64,000 bases of DNA from an uncultured Caenibius sp. GTDB lineage: Bacteria; Pseudomonadota; Alphaproteobacteria; Sphingomonadales; Sphingomonadaceae. The stretch is from contig CAYXMY010000001.1 of the NCBI GenBank assembly GCA_964466155.1, forward strand, positions 427-64,426, read 5' to 3'. Shown piece after piece: positions 1 through 9,797 of this stretch; position 1 is the stretch's first letter, and every line of letters starts with the position of its first letter. Under the pieces are notes generated by a model that saw only the letters and a list, made by a program, of their open reading frames with translations, had not been told where the DNA came from and ran no database searches. A program made the translations under genes and the position numbers.

Positions 1-210
1 ATACCGGCGCGGAAAGTCACACCCGATGCACCGCTCCGCCTCAGACCGATACACCTGCGACTACGTCTGGCGCCTCTAGTCAAAGGCAGACAAAACCCAG
101 TTATACCAGTCTCTTGTGGCTGCTCTTGCCGATGGATGAACCTCGCACGGGCCTGCGTGGAAACCCCTGGCAACGAACGAGCGGCGTGCGTACTTTCAGG
201 CCGTTCTGTG

Positions 211-1023
211 TCAACCCGCCGCGAGCGCCTGCCGCACGCCATCGACCGCGCGCCGGACCCGTTCCGCCACGGGCATGCCCGCTTCGAGATCGGCATTGCG
301 CGGGATTTCCACGCTGATCGGGCAGTCCTTCGGCAAGGCGCGGACGAAACCGGCGATGTCGAACACCCCTTCGCCCGGCAGCAGGCGCGCGGAGGAGGCT
401 TCGAAATCGATCCGGTCCGCCGGGCATTCCGCCGCGCCATCGGCGACTTGCCCATAAAGAATATAGTCCGCCGGGGCGGCTGCCAGTTCCGCAATCGAAC
501 CGCCCGAACGCATCAGGTGGAGCAAATCGACATTCACCCCCACCCGGCCGGGGCGATTGATCGCCGCCACCAGTTCCAGCGCGTCGGCCAGCGATTGGAC
601 TTGCGAGGGCGGATAGAATTCCACCCCCACGCGCAGTTCGTAACTGGCCGCCAGATCGCAAAACGCTCCGAACTTGTCCAAACGCCGCGTGGGATCGCGG
701 TCGTAGATCAGCGCGTTCAGCAATTGCGCATCGAGTTGCGCGGCGCATTCCAACGCGGTCTTGAAACTCTCCATCTCGGTGCGGCCCGCCAGCGTGAAAG
801 GGTAGGCAAGATCGAGCGCGATCCCCAGATCCTTCATCCGTTCGCCCAGCGCCTTGCGCGCGGCAAGATCGGTGTAGATGTCGAACGGCGGCATCTGCGG
901 CAGCACATCCATCGGCTGCATGAACAGGCAAATGCCTCCGCATCCGGCCGCGTGCGCCGCCTCCACCAGTTGGATGGGCGTGGTGTCGACGGCCGTGATA
1001 TGATCGAGAGAGAGCGACTGCAT
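211..1023 (-). CDS. Sugar phosphate isomerase/epimerase (xylose-isomerase-like TIM barrel) family protein
   Basis: Track ORF 211..1716(-) trimmed to the internal ATG at 1023 (MQSLSLDHITAV...). The upstream part of the long ORF is R/G/D-rich shadow and overlaps the real divergent gene at 1216. The 270-aa product resembles AP-endonuclease-2/xylose-isomerase-like TIM barrels and is a paralogue of 35203..35997. Confidence 0.75.
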   Translation of the reverse strand: MQSLSLDHITAVDTTPIQLVEAAHAAGCGGICLFMQPMDVLPQMPPFDIYTDLAARKALGERMKDLGIALDLAYPFTLAGRTEMESFKTALECAAQLDAQLLNALIYDRDPTRRLDKFGAFCDLAASYELRVGVEFYPPSQVQSLADALELVAAINRPGRVGVNVDLLHLMRSGGSIAELAAAPADYILYGQVADGAAECPADRIDFEASSARLLPGEGVFDIAGFVRALPKDCPISVEIPRNADLEAGMPVAERVRRAVDGVRQALAAG

Positions 1024-1215
1024 GCCCCCTGCCCTATCGCAAGTGAAGCGCGCTGGCCACAGGTGCCGCATGCTTTGCATGCCACCAGGGCCGTAATATT
1101 TGCCATCGCCGCCTGTTCGATGCATCGCCGGGGGCGAAGGGCGAAGATAAAGCATTCCCCCTCGTGCGGATGCAGCCGCGCCGCCGCCATTGATTGCCAT
1201 AGGAGTTGAACCGCC

Positions 1216-1860
1216 ATGCCCTGTTACGCCTTCCATGGTATCGTGCCGGTCGTCGATCCGACCAGTTACGTGCACCCGCTCGCTTCGCTGATCGGCGATG
1301 TCATCGTCGGGCCGGGCTGCTTCATCGCCCCCGGCGCATCGCTGCGCGGCGATTTCGGCCGCATCGTCGTGGAAGGCGATACGAGCGTGCAGGATTCCAC
1401 CACCATCCACGCCTCTTCCCTGCGCGATACGATCGTGCATCGCGGCGCGACTCTGGCCCATGGCTGCATCATCCACGGGGCGGAAATCGGTCAGAACGCC
1501 CTGATCGGCATGAACGCCGTCATACTGGACAATGCCATTATCGGCGATGAATGCCTCGTCGCCGCCATGTCGCTGGTCAAATCGGATGTCGTCATCCCCC
1601 CGCGCAGCCTGGTGGCCGGCAACCCAGCCAAGATCGTGCGCACGTTGGAGCCGCATCAGGTGACATGGAAGAACGATGGCAAGGGCGAATATCAGCGCCT
1701 CGCCCGCGAAGCGCACACCGAAATGCTGCCGGTGGAACCGCTATCCGCCCCCGAAGCCAATCGCGGCCGGGTGCCGGGCGAAGCCATCGCCGTGCGGCTG
1801 ACAGGCGATATGGCGCGTGAAAGGGAGCGCCGGGCCGCCGAAAATTCAGAGACATCGTAA
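1216..1860 (+). CDS. Hexapeptide-repeat (left-handed beta-helix) protein, gamma-carbonic-anhydrase / PaaY / CaiE family
   Basis: 214-aa ORF with repeated hexapeptide pattern (IGDVIVGPGCFIAPGASLRGD, IGQNALIGMNAVILDNAIIGDECLV) typical of this family. Confidence 0.8.
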   Translation: MPCYAFHGIVPVVDPTSYVHPLASLIGDVIVGPGCFIAPGASLRGDFGRIVVEGDTSVQDSTTIHASSLRDTIVHRGATLAHGCIIHGAEIGQNALIGMNAVILDNAIIGDECLVAAMSLVKSDVVIPPRSLVAGNPAKIVRTLEPHQVTWKNDGKGEYQRLAREAHTEMLPVEPLSAPEANRGRVPGEAIAVRLTGDMARERERRAAENSETS

Positions 1861-2041
1861 CCCCGCGAAGCAGGAACCCAAACCGCCAAACATAACTCAA
1901 CCGGAACAAAGCGGAGATAGGCACCCGCTCACAATTGCCGCTTTCGCCCGCAGGCTGCTATCGTCCAATCAAAGCCCGGCACTGTTGGAGCCGGGCCGCG
2001 ATAGAACAGAACAAACGGATTGAAAGAGAGGTCGATCGCTC

Positions 2042-2716
2042 ATGGCAACCGCCGCCAAGGATACACCCGCCTGCACAATGGGCCATCTGGCCATGCACTA
2101 CGGCAAGGCCGAAGACGGGCCGAAAGCCGCCCGGTTACTCAAGGCGCTGGGCCTGGTGGAAACGCAGGTTCTTCCCCTGCCCAACGGCAATTTCTACCGC
2201 TTCGTGGTGGACAAGGCACATTATGGCCGGGGCGATGGCATCGTCTATCTCTCCGCCCTGCCCGAACCGCAGCTAAAGCTGATCGAAACGATCCACAACG
2301 CGCTGGGTGTCGGCACCGACAACGAGCATGACGCCGTCAAGGGCATGCGGGCGATGATGGAAAGCGATTTCGAAGCCAGCTTCCATTTCGGTCTCCTGCT
2401 GGAAACGCTGGAAGATCTCGAACGCATCGTTCTCGATCTTCAGAATCTGGCGGAGAACGACCCCGATCTCAAGGGGCGGATCAAGTTCGGGTTCAACCGG
2501 GCTTTGCCGGGCAATCCCGAAATCGACGCCCGGCTCGATGCCTCACCCATCTATGGCGGCGTGACCCGCTACGCCTACGGCAGCCACGGGGTGCAGGCGT
2601 TTGTCGAAACCGATCTGCTCAAGGCCGGCCAGTTGGGCGACGCCATGGTGATCGAACTGGACTATGTCTTCCCCGGTTACGATCAGCACATTCTCTCGGT
2701 CGTCGAACTGGGCTGA
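2042..2716 (+). CDS. Hypothetical protein (possibly VOC/glyoxalase-like fold)
   Basis: 224-aa ORF with normal amino-acid composition, followed by a strong hairpin terminator. No diagnostic motif recognised. The His/His/Glu spacing (HLAMHY, FHFGLLL, IELDY) is only suggestive of a VOC fold. Confidence 0.55.
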   Translation: MATAAKDTPACTMGHLAMHYGKAEDGPKAARLLKALGLVETQVLPLPNGNFYRFVVDKAHYGRGDGIVYLSALPEPQLKLIETIHNALGVGTDNEHDAVKGMRAMMESDFEASFHFGLLLETLEDLERIVLDLQNLAENDPDLKGRIKFGFNRALPGNPEIDARLDASPIYGGVTRYAYGSHGVQAFVETDLLKAGQLGDAMVIELDYVFPGYDQHILSVVELG

Positions 2717-2737
2717 CCGCCCCCATCGAGGGCACGC

Positions 2738-2780
2738 AAAAAGGCCCGGCTGCGCAGTGCGGCCGGGCCTTTTCGTTTTT
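2738..2780. terminator. Bidirectional rho-independent terminator between convergent genes
   Basis: aaggcccggc (2741-2750) pairs with gccgggcctt (2762-2771). It is flanked by an A-run upstream and ttcgttttt downstream. Confidence 0.6.
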
Positions 2781-2836
2781 GCGACTGATAGCGCGGGAAA
2801 ACGGCGGGATGCTGCCACCCCGCCGCCTTGCTTCGA

Positions 2837-5164
2837 TCAGAACTTGATCCCGGCCGTGATCCCGTAGGTACGCGGATCGGGGAAGTAAGCGACCGTCATG
2901 TTGCCGAACCCGGCACCGAAATCGATGAAGTTCGTCGGGTTCTTTTCCTTGGTCAGGTTGCGAACCCAGAGCGAAACTTCCGCCTTCACGTCGCCATGCA
3001 GCGGAATACCGCCGACGGCAGCGCGGAGATTGACGAGGGTACGGCCCTTCGACATCGTGTTGTGCGCGTCCTGCTGGCCCGCATATTCCGGCACCAGCGC
3101 ATAGGGGAAGGTGTAGTACTTGGAGACGTAGTTCAGATCGCCGTTGATCGTGAACTTGCCCCAATCGCCTTCAGCCACGCGCAGGTCCGCGCCCACCGAA
3201 GCGGTGTAGTGCGGCGTGTGCGGGAATGCGCGGTTGTTCGAAACGTCCGGACCGCCTTCGGTTTCGGTGTAGTTCTTGTACTTCGCATCGAGATACGCAA
3301 GCGACGCATTGATCGTCAGCGCATCGACCGGACGGATCACGGTTTCCACTTCGAGACCGCGGATACGAGCCTTGGCCGCGTTGCGGACGATGGATGCCGC
3401 TGCGCCCTGCGCCGTGAACACGGAAAGCTGGATGTCCTTGTGCTCATCCCAGAACGCCGCAACGTTGAAGATCACCTTGCCGCCGAACAAACGGCTCTTC
3501 ACGCCGATTTCGTAGCTGTCGACCTTTTCCGGGCGGTAGGGGTTGCACAGTTCGAATGCACCGCTCGGGCAAGCGGCCGTCGGAGCACGGAAATCCGAGG
3601 TTTCGCCGTTGAAGCCACCCGACTTGAAACCACGAGCGAAGCGCGCATAGGTATTCACGTTACGGCTGAACTCATAGGACAGCGTCGCGGCGGGGCTGAA
3701 GTTGTGATACTTCGCATCCGGCACGCTGCCGAAGGGCAGATCGACATAAGTGACCAGCGGCTGGCCATCGGTAGTGCCAGCAGCGAAGAAGCGGCTGATG
3801 TCCTTCTTTTCTTCGGTATAACGCGCACCCAGCGTCAGCTTGAGCGGATCGGTGATCCGAATGTCGGCCTGTGCGTAAAGCGCCCAAGCCTTGGTGTGCG
3901 AGGCATAGTTCGACTGGTACACAGCCGCCCGCGGATCGAGCGGATCGACCGTCGGGCCGTAAGCGCCGAAGAAACGCTGCGGACCATCGGTGCCAGCCTT
4001 TTCCTTGTAATAGAACGCGCCGAGCACGAAGTTGACGCGATCGTCCCACACCTTGCCGGTCGCCTGCAGTTCCTGGCTGAACGAATGGAACTTCGTATCA
4101 CGGCCGGTGTAAGCGAGATCGTACTGCGTCCCGTCGAGGTCGATCCGGTCATCCCACTTGAGGTTGCGGTAGGCGGTGATCGACTTCAGCGTAATCTCGC
4201 CCAGTTCCAGCGTACCGGTCAGCGAGTGGCCGTAGGAACGCGAACGCTCATACAGCGGTTCGTCGTTCAGGCTGGCGGTCGACTGACGCTTGCGGGGCTC
4301 GACATAGGCCGCCAGCAAGCCGCTGCCGTTGACGAGCTGACCATAGTCAGGAGTCTGATCGAACTTCGAATAGTCGAAGCTATAGTCGAAGGTCAGATTG
4401 TGGGTCGGCTGGAAGCGGACCTGGACCATTCCGCTCTTGCTGTCGAGGCCACCCACGCGGCCCTGCTTCGGCGGCGACAGGAGCGAACCCGGCGTGCCAT
4501 AAAGCGGATCGTTGGTCAGCTTGACGAACCCGTCGCGCTTCTGGATCTGACCGGAAAGCTTGACGGAGAACGGGCCGAACGCGGGCAGGTCGAGAACGGC
4601 CTTGGCGCGCTTCGCGTCGTAGTTGCCGTAGCTGACTTCGGCCGAACCGCCGAATTCGCCGGAGGGCTTCTTGGTGACGAGGTTCACAGCGCCAGCCAGC
4701 GCGTTGCGGCCATAAAGCGTACCCTGCGGGCCGCGCAGCACTTCGACGCGTTCGAGATCGGCAACATCGAAGATCGAGCCCTGTGCCTTGGCGATGTACA
4801 CGCCGTCGAGGTACAGACCGACCGCCGGTTCCCAGGTAATGGCCGGGTTGATGGTGACCGAGCCGCGGATCGCGATCTGCGAAATCGTCTTGTTCGACGG
4901 GGCGCGTTCGATCTTCACGTTCGGCGCGATGGTGCCGAGGCTGTCGATCGAGGTGATGCCGCGCGATTCGAGGAACTGGCTGGACACAGCCGAAATCGCA
5001 ATCGGGACATTCTGGATGTTTTCGGCGCGCTTCTGCGCGGTCACGATGATTTCGCCGATGCCTGCGTCAGAGGTAGGTGCCTCGTCTTGCGCGAATGCCA
5101 CACCGGGCAAAGCCGCAAACAGGCACGACCCGCAAAGCGCGGTCGAAACGAGAAGCTTCTTCAT
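2837..5164 (-). CDS. TonB-dependent receptor
   Basis: 775 aa. Signal peptide (MKKLLVSTALCGSCLFAALPGVAFAQ), TonB-box/plug region (GEIIVTAQKRAENIQNVPIAISAV), C-terminal aromatic residue (ITAGIKF), and GGAGGA ribosome-binding site upstream. Confidence 0.95.
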   Translation of the reverse strand: MKKLLVSTALCGSCLFAALPGVAFAQDEAPTSDAGIGEIIVTAQKRAENIQNVPIAISAVSSQFLESRGITSIDSLGTIAPNVKIERAPSNKTISQIAIRGSVTINPAITWEPAVGLYLDGVYIAKAQGSIFDVADLERVEVLRGPQGTLYGRNALAGAVNLVTKKPSGEFGGSAEVSYGNYDAKRAKAVLDLPAFGPFSVKLSGQIQKRDGFVKLTNDPLYGTPGSLLSPPKQGRVGGLDSKSGMVQVRFQPTHNLTFDYSFDYSKFDQTPDYGQLVNGSGLLAAYVEPRKRQSTASLNDEPLYERSRSYGHSLTGTLELGEITLKSITAYRNLKWDDRIDLDGTQYDLAYTGRDTKFHSFSQELQATGKVWDDRVNFVLGAFYYKEKAGTDGPQRFFGAYGPTVDPLDPRAAVYQSNYASHTKAWALYAQADIRITDPLKLTLGARYTEEKKDISRFFAAGTTDGQPLVTYVDLPFGSVPDAKYHNFSPAATLSYEFSRNVNTYARFARGFKSGGFNGETSDFRAPTAACPSGAFELCNPYRPEKVDSYEIGVKSRLFGGKVIFNVAAFWDEHKDIQLSVFTAQGAAASIVRNAAKARIRGLEVETVIRPVDALTINASLAYLDAKYKNYTETEGGPDVSNNRAFPHTPHYTASVGADLRVAEGDWGKFTINGDLNYVSKYYTFPYALVPEYAGQQDAHNTMSKGRTLVNLRAAVGGIPLHGDVKAEVSLWVRNLTKEKNPTNFIDFGAGFGNMTVAYFPDPRTYGITAGIKF

Positions 5165-5472
5165 TAATTCCTCCTATGCGCGGAGTTTGGGGAGAAAAGG
5201 GCCGCGCATGTGGCCGGGCCGATGCATACTCGGGTCCTGCTTTGCAAGACCAACCCCGCCTTTGGGTGGGGTATGAGACACGCTTTGATTACGGATCGTT
5301 GCAAAATGGCCACAACCCCGAATACCCACCGGAGGAGCGCTTCGAGCCCTGACTCCGCCCGGTGCATTCAGGAAAAAAGGGGTGACGGCAACCGCAGAGC
5401 AAGGCACGATGACGGCATGTTATCGCAGCGGAACCCATCCACAAAACGCGCATGAACATGAGGGAGAATGGC

Positions 5473-6297
5473 ATGAAGAGAGCTTATCTGGCAGGTGCAT
5501 TGGTTCTGGCCGGAGCCGGGGCCATCATCGGCGCGGGCAGCGCTGTGGTGGCCGAGCAACCCGCCCAGACGGCCCAGATGCCGGAAAAATTCAAATTCCC
5601 GCCCGGCTATCTCGAACTGAATCAGATGCCGGATAGCGTTGTCCTCGTTCCCCCGGCCCCGGCGAAGGATAGCGCGACTTTCGCACGCGATCTGGACGCG
5701 TCGCAGCGCGGGCTTGCCTTGCGCGGCACGGCACGCTGGGATCTCGCCACGAAAGATGCCGATCTGTTCACCCCAGCCGATACCGATGCAATGTCCTGCG
5801 CCGCGGGCTTCGCCATCGGGCCGGATACGACCCCCGCCACCAATCGCCTGCTGCGCCGCGCGATGATCGATTTCGGGGTGTCGACCGGGGCGGCGAAGAA
5901 GAAGTATCAGCGCCCGCGCCCGTTCATGGAAAACAACCAGCCGACCTGTACCCCCGCGCACGAGGTCTATCTGCGCAAGGACGGTTCCTATCCTTCCGGG
6001 CATAGCGCCATCGGCTATGGCTGGGGTCTGGTTCTGGCGGAATTGTTACCCGACCGGGCAACCCAGGTGATCGCCCGTGGGCGCGCCTTTGGCGACAGCC
6101 GCCGGGTGTGCAATGTCCACTGGCTGAGCGATATCGAAGAAGGCCGTATCACCGCCAGCGCTGCCTTTGCCCGGCTGCAATCGGTCCCCGCGTTTCAGGA
6201 AGACCTGAAAGCCGCACGCGCCGAAATCGCGGCGGGCAACCTGCCCGCTCCCAAGCGGGATTGCGCGAAAGAAGCCGAAGCGCTGGCGATGCAATAA
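5473..6297 (+). CDS. Class A non-specific acid phosphatase (PAP2 superfamily)
   Basis: Full signature KX6RP (KKKYQRPRP), PSGH (YPSGHS) and SRX5HX3D (SRRVCNVHWLSD), plus a signal peptide. Start moved to the ATG at 5473, which has a GAGGGAGA ribosome-binding site. Confidence 0.9.
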   Translation: MKRAYLAGALVLAGAGAIIGAGSAVVAEQPAQTAQMPEKFKFPPGYLELNQMPDSVVLVPPAPAKDSATFARDLDASQRGLALRGTARWDLATKDADLFTPADTDAMSCAAGFAIGPDTTPATNRLLRRAMIDFGVSTGAAKKKYQRPRPFMENNQPTCTPAHEVYLRKDGSYPSGHSAIGYGWGLVLAELLPDRATQVIARGRAFGDSRRVCNVHWLSDIEEGRITASAAFARLQSVPAFQEDLKAARAEIAAGNLPAPKRDCAKEAEALAMQ

Positions 6298-6312
6298 GCG
6301 CACCGGCGCTGT

Positions 6313-6338
6313 GGCCGGCAGGGTGCGCCCTGCCGGCC
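6313..6338. terminator. Hairpin between convergent genes
   Basis: ggccggcaggg-tgcg-ccctgccggcc, a perfect 11-bp stem. Confidence 0.55.
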
Positions 6339-6340
6339 GA

Positions 6341-7309
6341 TCAGGCAAAGTCGGCCAGGAATTCGCGCATCAGGCGCGTGACATCATCCGATCTTTCCAA
6401 CTGGATCAGATGCCCGGCCTTGGGCAGCATTTCGATCCGCCGGACATCAGCATGGTGATTGTGAATTTCGCCCAGCGGGTCCTCCCCGTGCCAGGCTTCG
6501 AGGTCGACATCCTGTTCGCTGCCGATGAAGTAATAGGGCGCCTGCGTCTTGTGCCCGCGCCACGGTGCACGCTGATGCCAGCGGATATCCATCGCCCGAT
6601 ACCAGTTAAGCCCGCCGGTAAAGCCTGACCGTTCGTAGTCCGCGACAATCGCATCCATTTCCGGCTCGCTCCACCAGGCCCACGGGAACGGCGGCGCTTC
6701 GGGCAAAGCGTCGAGATAAGTCGTGCCGGGCGGATGCTGCCACACGTCGAGGTAATGGTAATCTCCCGATAGGGCATAAAACACCCGCGTCAGGAATGCG
6801 CGCGGCGCGGCGGCCAGATCGGCGTCGGCCACACCGGGTTCACGGAAATATTCGATGTGGACGAAATGTTCCTTCGCCCATTCCGCCGCTTCCGCCAGCG
6901 GCGTGATATCGGGCCGATCCGGATAATGCGGATTTTCCAGCGCGATGATGCCCCGCACCTTTTCCGGATGCAGATGCGCCAGATCGAATATCGCGAAAAT
7001 CCCGAAATCCAGCCCGGCGAACACCGCCTGCTCTTCTCCCAGATGCGTCACCAGCGCGGCAAGATCGCCTGCGGTCCGATGGCAATCGTAGGCTTCCTTC
7101 TCCGCCGGAACCTCCGTCTGCCCCATGCCGCGCATATCGGGCGCGACCACACGCCAGCCCGCTGCGGCCAGCGGGCCGATCTGCCGGTGCCAGCTATACC
7201 AGGTGTGGGGGAAGCCGTGACAGAGGATGAGCAGCGGCCCCTCCCCCTGCTCGACATAATGCATGACGATGCCGTTGATCGTGGCGGTGTGATGTTCCAG
7301 TCCTCTCAT
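6341..7309 (-). CDS. Alpha/beta hydrolase, epoxide-hydrolase-like
   Basis: 322 aa. HGFP oxyanion motif (LCHGFPHTWYSW), Asp nucleophile elbow (FAGLDFGIFA) and C-terminal His (KAGHLIQLE). Confidence 0.85.
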   Translation of the reverse strand: MRGLEHHTATINGIVMHYVEQGEGPLLILCHGFPHTWYSWHRQIGPLAAAGWRVVAPDMRGMGQTEVPAEKEAYDCHRTAGDLAALVTHLGEEQAVFAGLDFGIFAIFDLAHLHPEKVRGIIALENPHYPDRPDITPLAEAAEWAKEHFVHIEYFREPGVADADLAAAPRAFLTRVFYALSGDYHYLDVWQHPPGTTYLDALPEAPPFPWAWWSEPEMDAIVADYERSGFTGGLNWYRAMDIRWHQRAPWRGHKTQAPYYFIGSEQDVDLEAWHGEDPLGEIHNHHADVRRIEMLPKAGHLIQLERSDDVTRLMREFLADFA

Positions 7310-7361
7310 AACCGGGAGAAGTACCAGACACCGCGCACAGGCTCAAACGCCACCGGCAAAC

Positions 7362-7393
7362 TTCCGGCCCGATGGCGAAACACCGGGCCGGAA
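7362..7393 (-). terminator. Hairpin downstream of the TonB-dependent receptor gene 7411..9708
   Basis: ttccggcccg (7362-7371) pairs with cgggccggaa (7384-7393). Confidence 0.5.
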
Positions 7394-7410
7394 ACGAAAG
7401 CCGATGCGGA

Positions 7411-9708
7411 TCAGAATGAAACCTTGATTTCGCCGCCGATCACGCGCGGTTCGGAATATGGCGCCGTCTGCGAAATGTAGCCGCCGGGAGCACCCGGTCC
7501 GGTCTGGAGCTGATTGCCGACACCGATCACGAATTCGCGCGCGCGGCGGTTGAACAGGTTGTTCACGAACACGGCGAACGAAACATTCACATTGTCAATC
7601 GGCTGTTCGTAGACGAGGCGTGCGTTGAAGACCTTGCGTGCGTCGCTCTTCCACAGATCGCGCCCCGGAACCAACGGCCCCGCCACGGCCGAGGTATAGA
7701 CCCCCGCCTGATACGAGTACGAGGCGAAAGCGGTCAGCTTGCGATTGCCGTCATCCACGATCTGCCAGTCGCCCGAAACGGTCAGCGCGTTCTTCGGCAC
7801 GAACGGCATGGTGAAATAGCCCGTCACGTTGTCGCCGACATTCACCGGCGAATAGGGATTGACCGCCGGGTCGAAATTGGTGCCAGCAAAGGCCACGATC
7901 GATTTCAGCTTCGGATCGAGATAGGCATAGGATGCCCGCAGGTTGACGCCGCGCACCGGACGCACGGCCAGTTCCGCTTCGATACCTTTGATCGTCGCCC
8001 GCCCGGCGTTGACCGTGGCGACTTTCGTGAGATCGATCGGATCGGCGGTGAAATCGATCTGCATATCCTTGAACTTGTTGTAGAAGGCTGAAAGGTTGAA
8101 AGTCAGCTTGCGGTCGAAGAATTGCGATTTCAGGCCGACTTCCCATGCCTCCACCTTTTCCGGCCCGAAAGTTTGGGCGAAATCCAGTGCGCCTTCAGCC
8201 GAACCGCCCGCCTTGTAGGCTTTCGAGTAGCGGACATAGGTCATCAGGTCCGGCGTCCATTGCATGGCGAGGTTTACCGACGGGCTGAAATTATGGAATT
8301 TCTGGCGGTTACGCGTGTTGTTTTCGATGAGCATATCGAAATACCACTGGGAGCGCGAAGCGGTGCGTTTGTCTTCGGTATAACGCGCACCCAGCGTCAG
8401 CTTGAGGCGATTGTCAAGAATCGGCGGGGTGATAGTGGCCTGCATGTAGGCCGCCTTCGAAATCGACTTGGCGTGAATGTCCTTGAAAGTCTGGGCGTAT
8501 CCGCCCGGCTGGATGATCGCCCCGACAATATCCTGCTCGGAAAAGTGCGAGCCCTTCTCGCGGAAATAATACAGGCCGCCGGTGTATTCGATCAGATCGC
8601 CGATCGAACCGATCAGTTGGAATTCCTGCGTGTATTGCTTGGCGCGATACTGATGCTCCTGCGCCACGGTGTAATCGCCGCCGGGGAAGGGATAGGATTG
8701 CGCCACCCCATAGTTCACGAACTGATGGGAATCCGATTTGCGGTAACCCGACAGCGAACGGATGGTGAGCGTATCCGATACATCCCATGCCACCGTCAGT
8801 TGATGATCGGTGAAGTGCGACTTGCTCCAGCGCATGGCGAGATCGGTGTAGGTGTGGTTCTTGTCCGCCGTGTACCCGGGCACGACACCGACGAGATCGG
8901 GGTTGATATAGTATGGCGGAGTGGAGAGCACCCGGCCCCGGTCGAACGCGTAATCGACGGTCAGTGTATCGGTCGGGGTCCAGCGCGCGGCCACGCGGCC
9001 GGCAAGCTGGCCAGCGGCCTGATAATTGCGCCCACCGCTGTTCTTCACATATCCATCGTTATGGGAATAGAGCAGCGTGCCCTTGATCGCCAGATTGCCG
9101 AACGAAGGCAGGTCGAGATTGACCAGACCGCGCACATAATTGCGGCTGCCATATGTGACGCTCGCATCGCCGCCCCATTCGCCCGTCGGCTTGGACGAGA
9201 TGATGTTGATCGCGCCACCCGTAGTGTTGCGGCCATAGAGCGTACCCTGCGGGCCGCGCAGAACTTCGATACGTTCCGGATCGCCAAGATCGAGCAAGGC
9301 CGCTTGCGGCCGCGAAATGTAGAAGCCATCGACATAGAGACCGACACCGCCATCCTTGGTGATCTGGCCCGCATCGGCCGCACCCTGGCCGCGCATGTTC
9401 AGCGAAACGGTATCCGAAGAGTTCGGATAAGCGGTGATGTTGAGGCTGGGAACCGCCTGTGCGATCCCGCGAAGGTCCGTGGTGCCATGACTGGCAAGAT
9501 CGGCACCGCTGGCCGCCGTGATCGCCAGCGGAACATTCTGCAGCTTTTCTTCGCGCCGCTGCGCGGTGACGACGATTTCACCGCTATCCGCCACGTTGGC
9601 GGGTGCGGCAGTCTGAGCGGATGCGGCTACCGGGGTAACGATGCACGCCGCGCCCATGCTGGCAATCAGCGCCAGACCGGAACATGTATGAAGCGTCCGA
9701 AAGTTCAT
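7411..9708 (-). CDS. TonB-dependent receptor
   Basis: 765 aa. Signal peptide, plug motif (GEIVVTAQRREEKLQNVPLAITA), terminal Phe (EIKVSF), and GGAGGAGG ribosome-binding site. Confidence 0.95.
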   Translation of the reverse strand: MNFRTLHTCSGLALIASMGAACIVTPVAASAQTAAPANVADSGEIVVTAQRREEKLQNVPLAITAASGADLASHGTTDLRGIAQAVPSLNITAYPNSSDTVSLNMRGQGAADAGQITKDGGVGLYVDGFYISRPQAALLDLGDPERIEVLRGPQGTLYGRNTTGGAINIISSKPTGEWGGDASVTYGSRNYVRGLVNLDLPSFGNLAIKGTLLYSHNDGYVKNSGGRNYQAAGQLAGRVAARWTPTDTLTVDYAFDRGRVLSTPPYYINPDLVGVVPGYTADKNHTYTDLAMRWSKSHFTDHQLTVAWDVSDTLTIRSLSGYRKSDSHQFVNYGVAQSYPFPGGDYTVAQEHQYRAKQYTQEFQLIGSIGDLIEYTGGLYYFREKGSHFSEQDIVGAIIQPGGYAQTFKDIHAKSISKAAYMQATITPPILDNRLKLTLGARYTEDKRTASRSQWYFDMLIENNTRNRQKFHNFSPSVNLAMQWTPDLMTYVRYSKAYKAGGSAEGALDFAQTFGPEKVEAWEVGLKSQFFDRKLTFNLSAFYNKFKDMQIDFTADPIDLTKVATVNAGRATIKGIEAELAVRPVRGVNLRASYAYLDPKLKSIVAFAGTNFDPAVNPYSPVNVGDNVTGYFTMPFVPKNALTVSGDWQIVDDGNRKLTAFASYSYQAGVYTSAVAGPLVPGRDLWKSDARKVFNARLVYEQPIDNVNVSFAVFVNNLFNRRAREFVIGVGNQLQTGPGAPGGYISQTAPYSEPRVIGGEIKVSF

Positions 9709-9797
9709 GATACCTCCTCCTTGAAATTATGTATGTTTTTCTATGCAATGCGGGGCTGCGCCCAGGTGGCAGACCCGTAATTCAGTCGTTCGCACGG

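Noticed and set aside
1068-1082. gcatgctttgcatgc (two self-complementary GCATGC hexamers) in the divergent region at 1024..1215
   Set aside because: It is too short to separate from chance, and no related site was seen elsewhere in the window.
136-1716. Long ORFs 136..1209(+) and the N-terminal extension of 211..1716(-)
   Set aside because: The extension overlaps the well-supported divergent hexapeptide-repeat gene and has shadow-like composition. The internal ATG at 1023 gives a full-length TIM-barrel protein.
2828-5167. 779-aa ORF on the plus strand exactly mirroring the TonB-dependent receptor gene
   Set aside because: This is a shadow ORF typical of high-GC DNA. The translation is R/A/G/V-rich with no recognisable motifs, whereas the opposite strand encodes a textbook receptor with signal peptide, plug and terminal Phe.
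5165-5472. Possible cobalamin or TPP riboswitch upstream of the TonB-dependent receptor
   Set aside because: I could not find the B12-box-like core or the TPP CUGAGA/ACCUGA elements on the transcribed strand. It is kept only as an unclassified structured leader.
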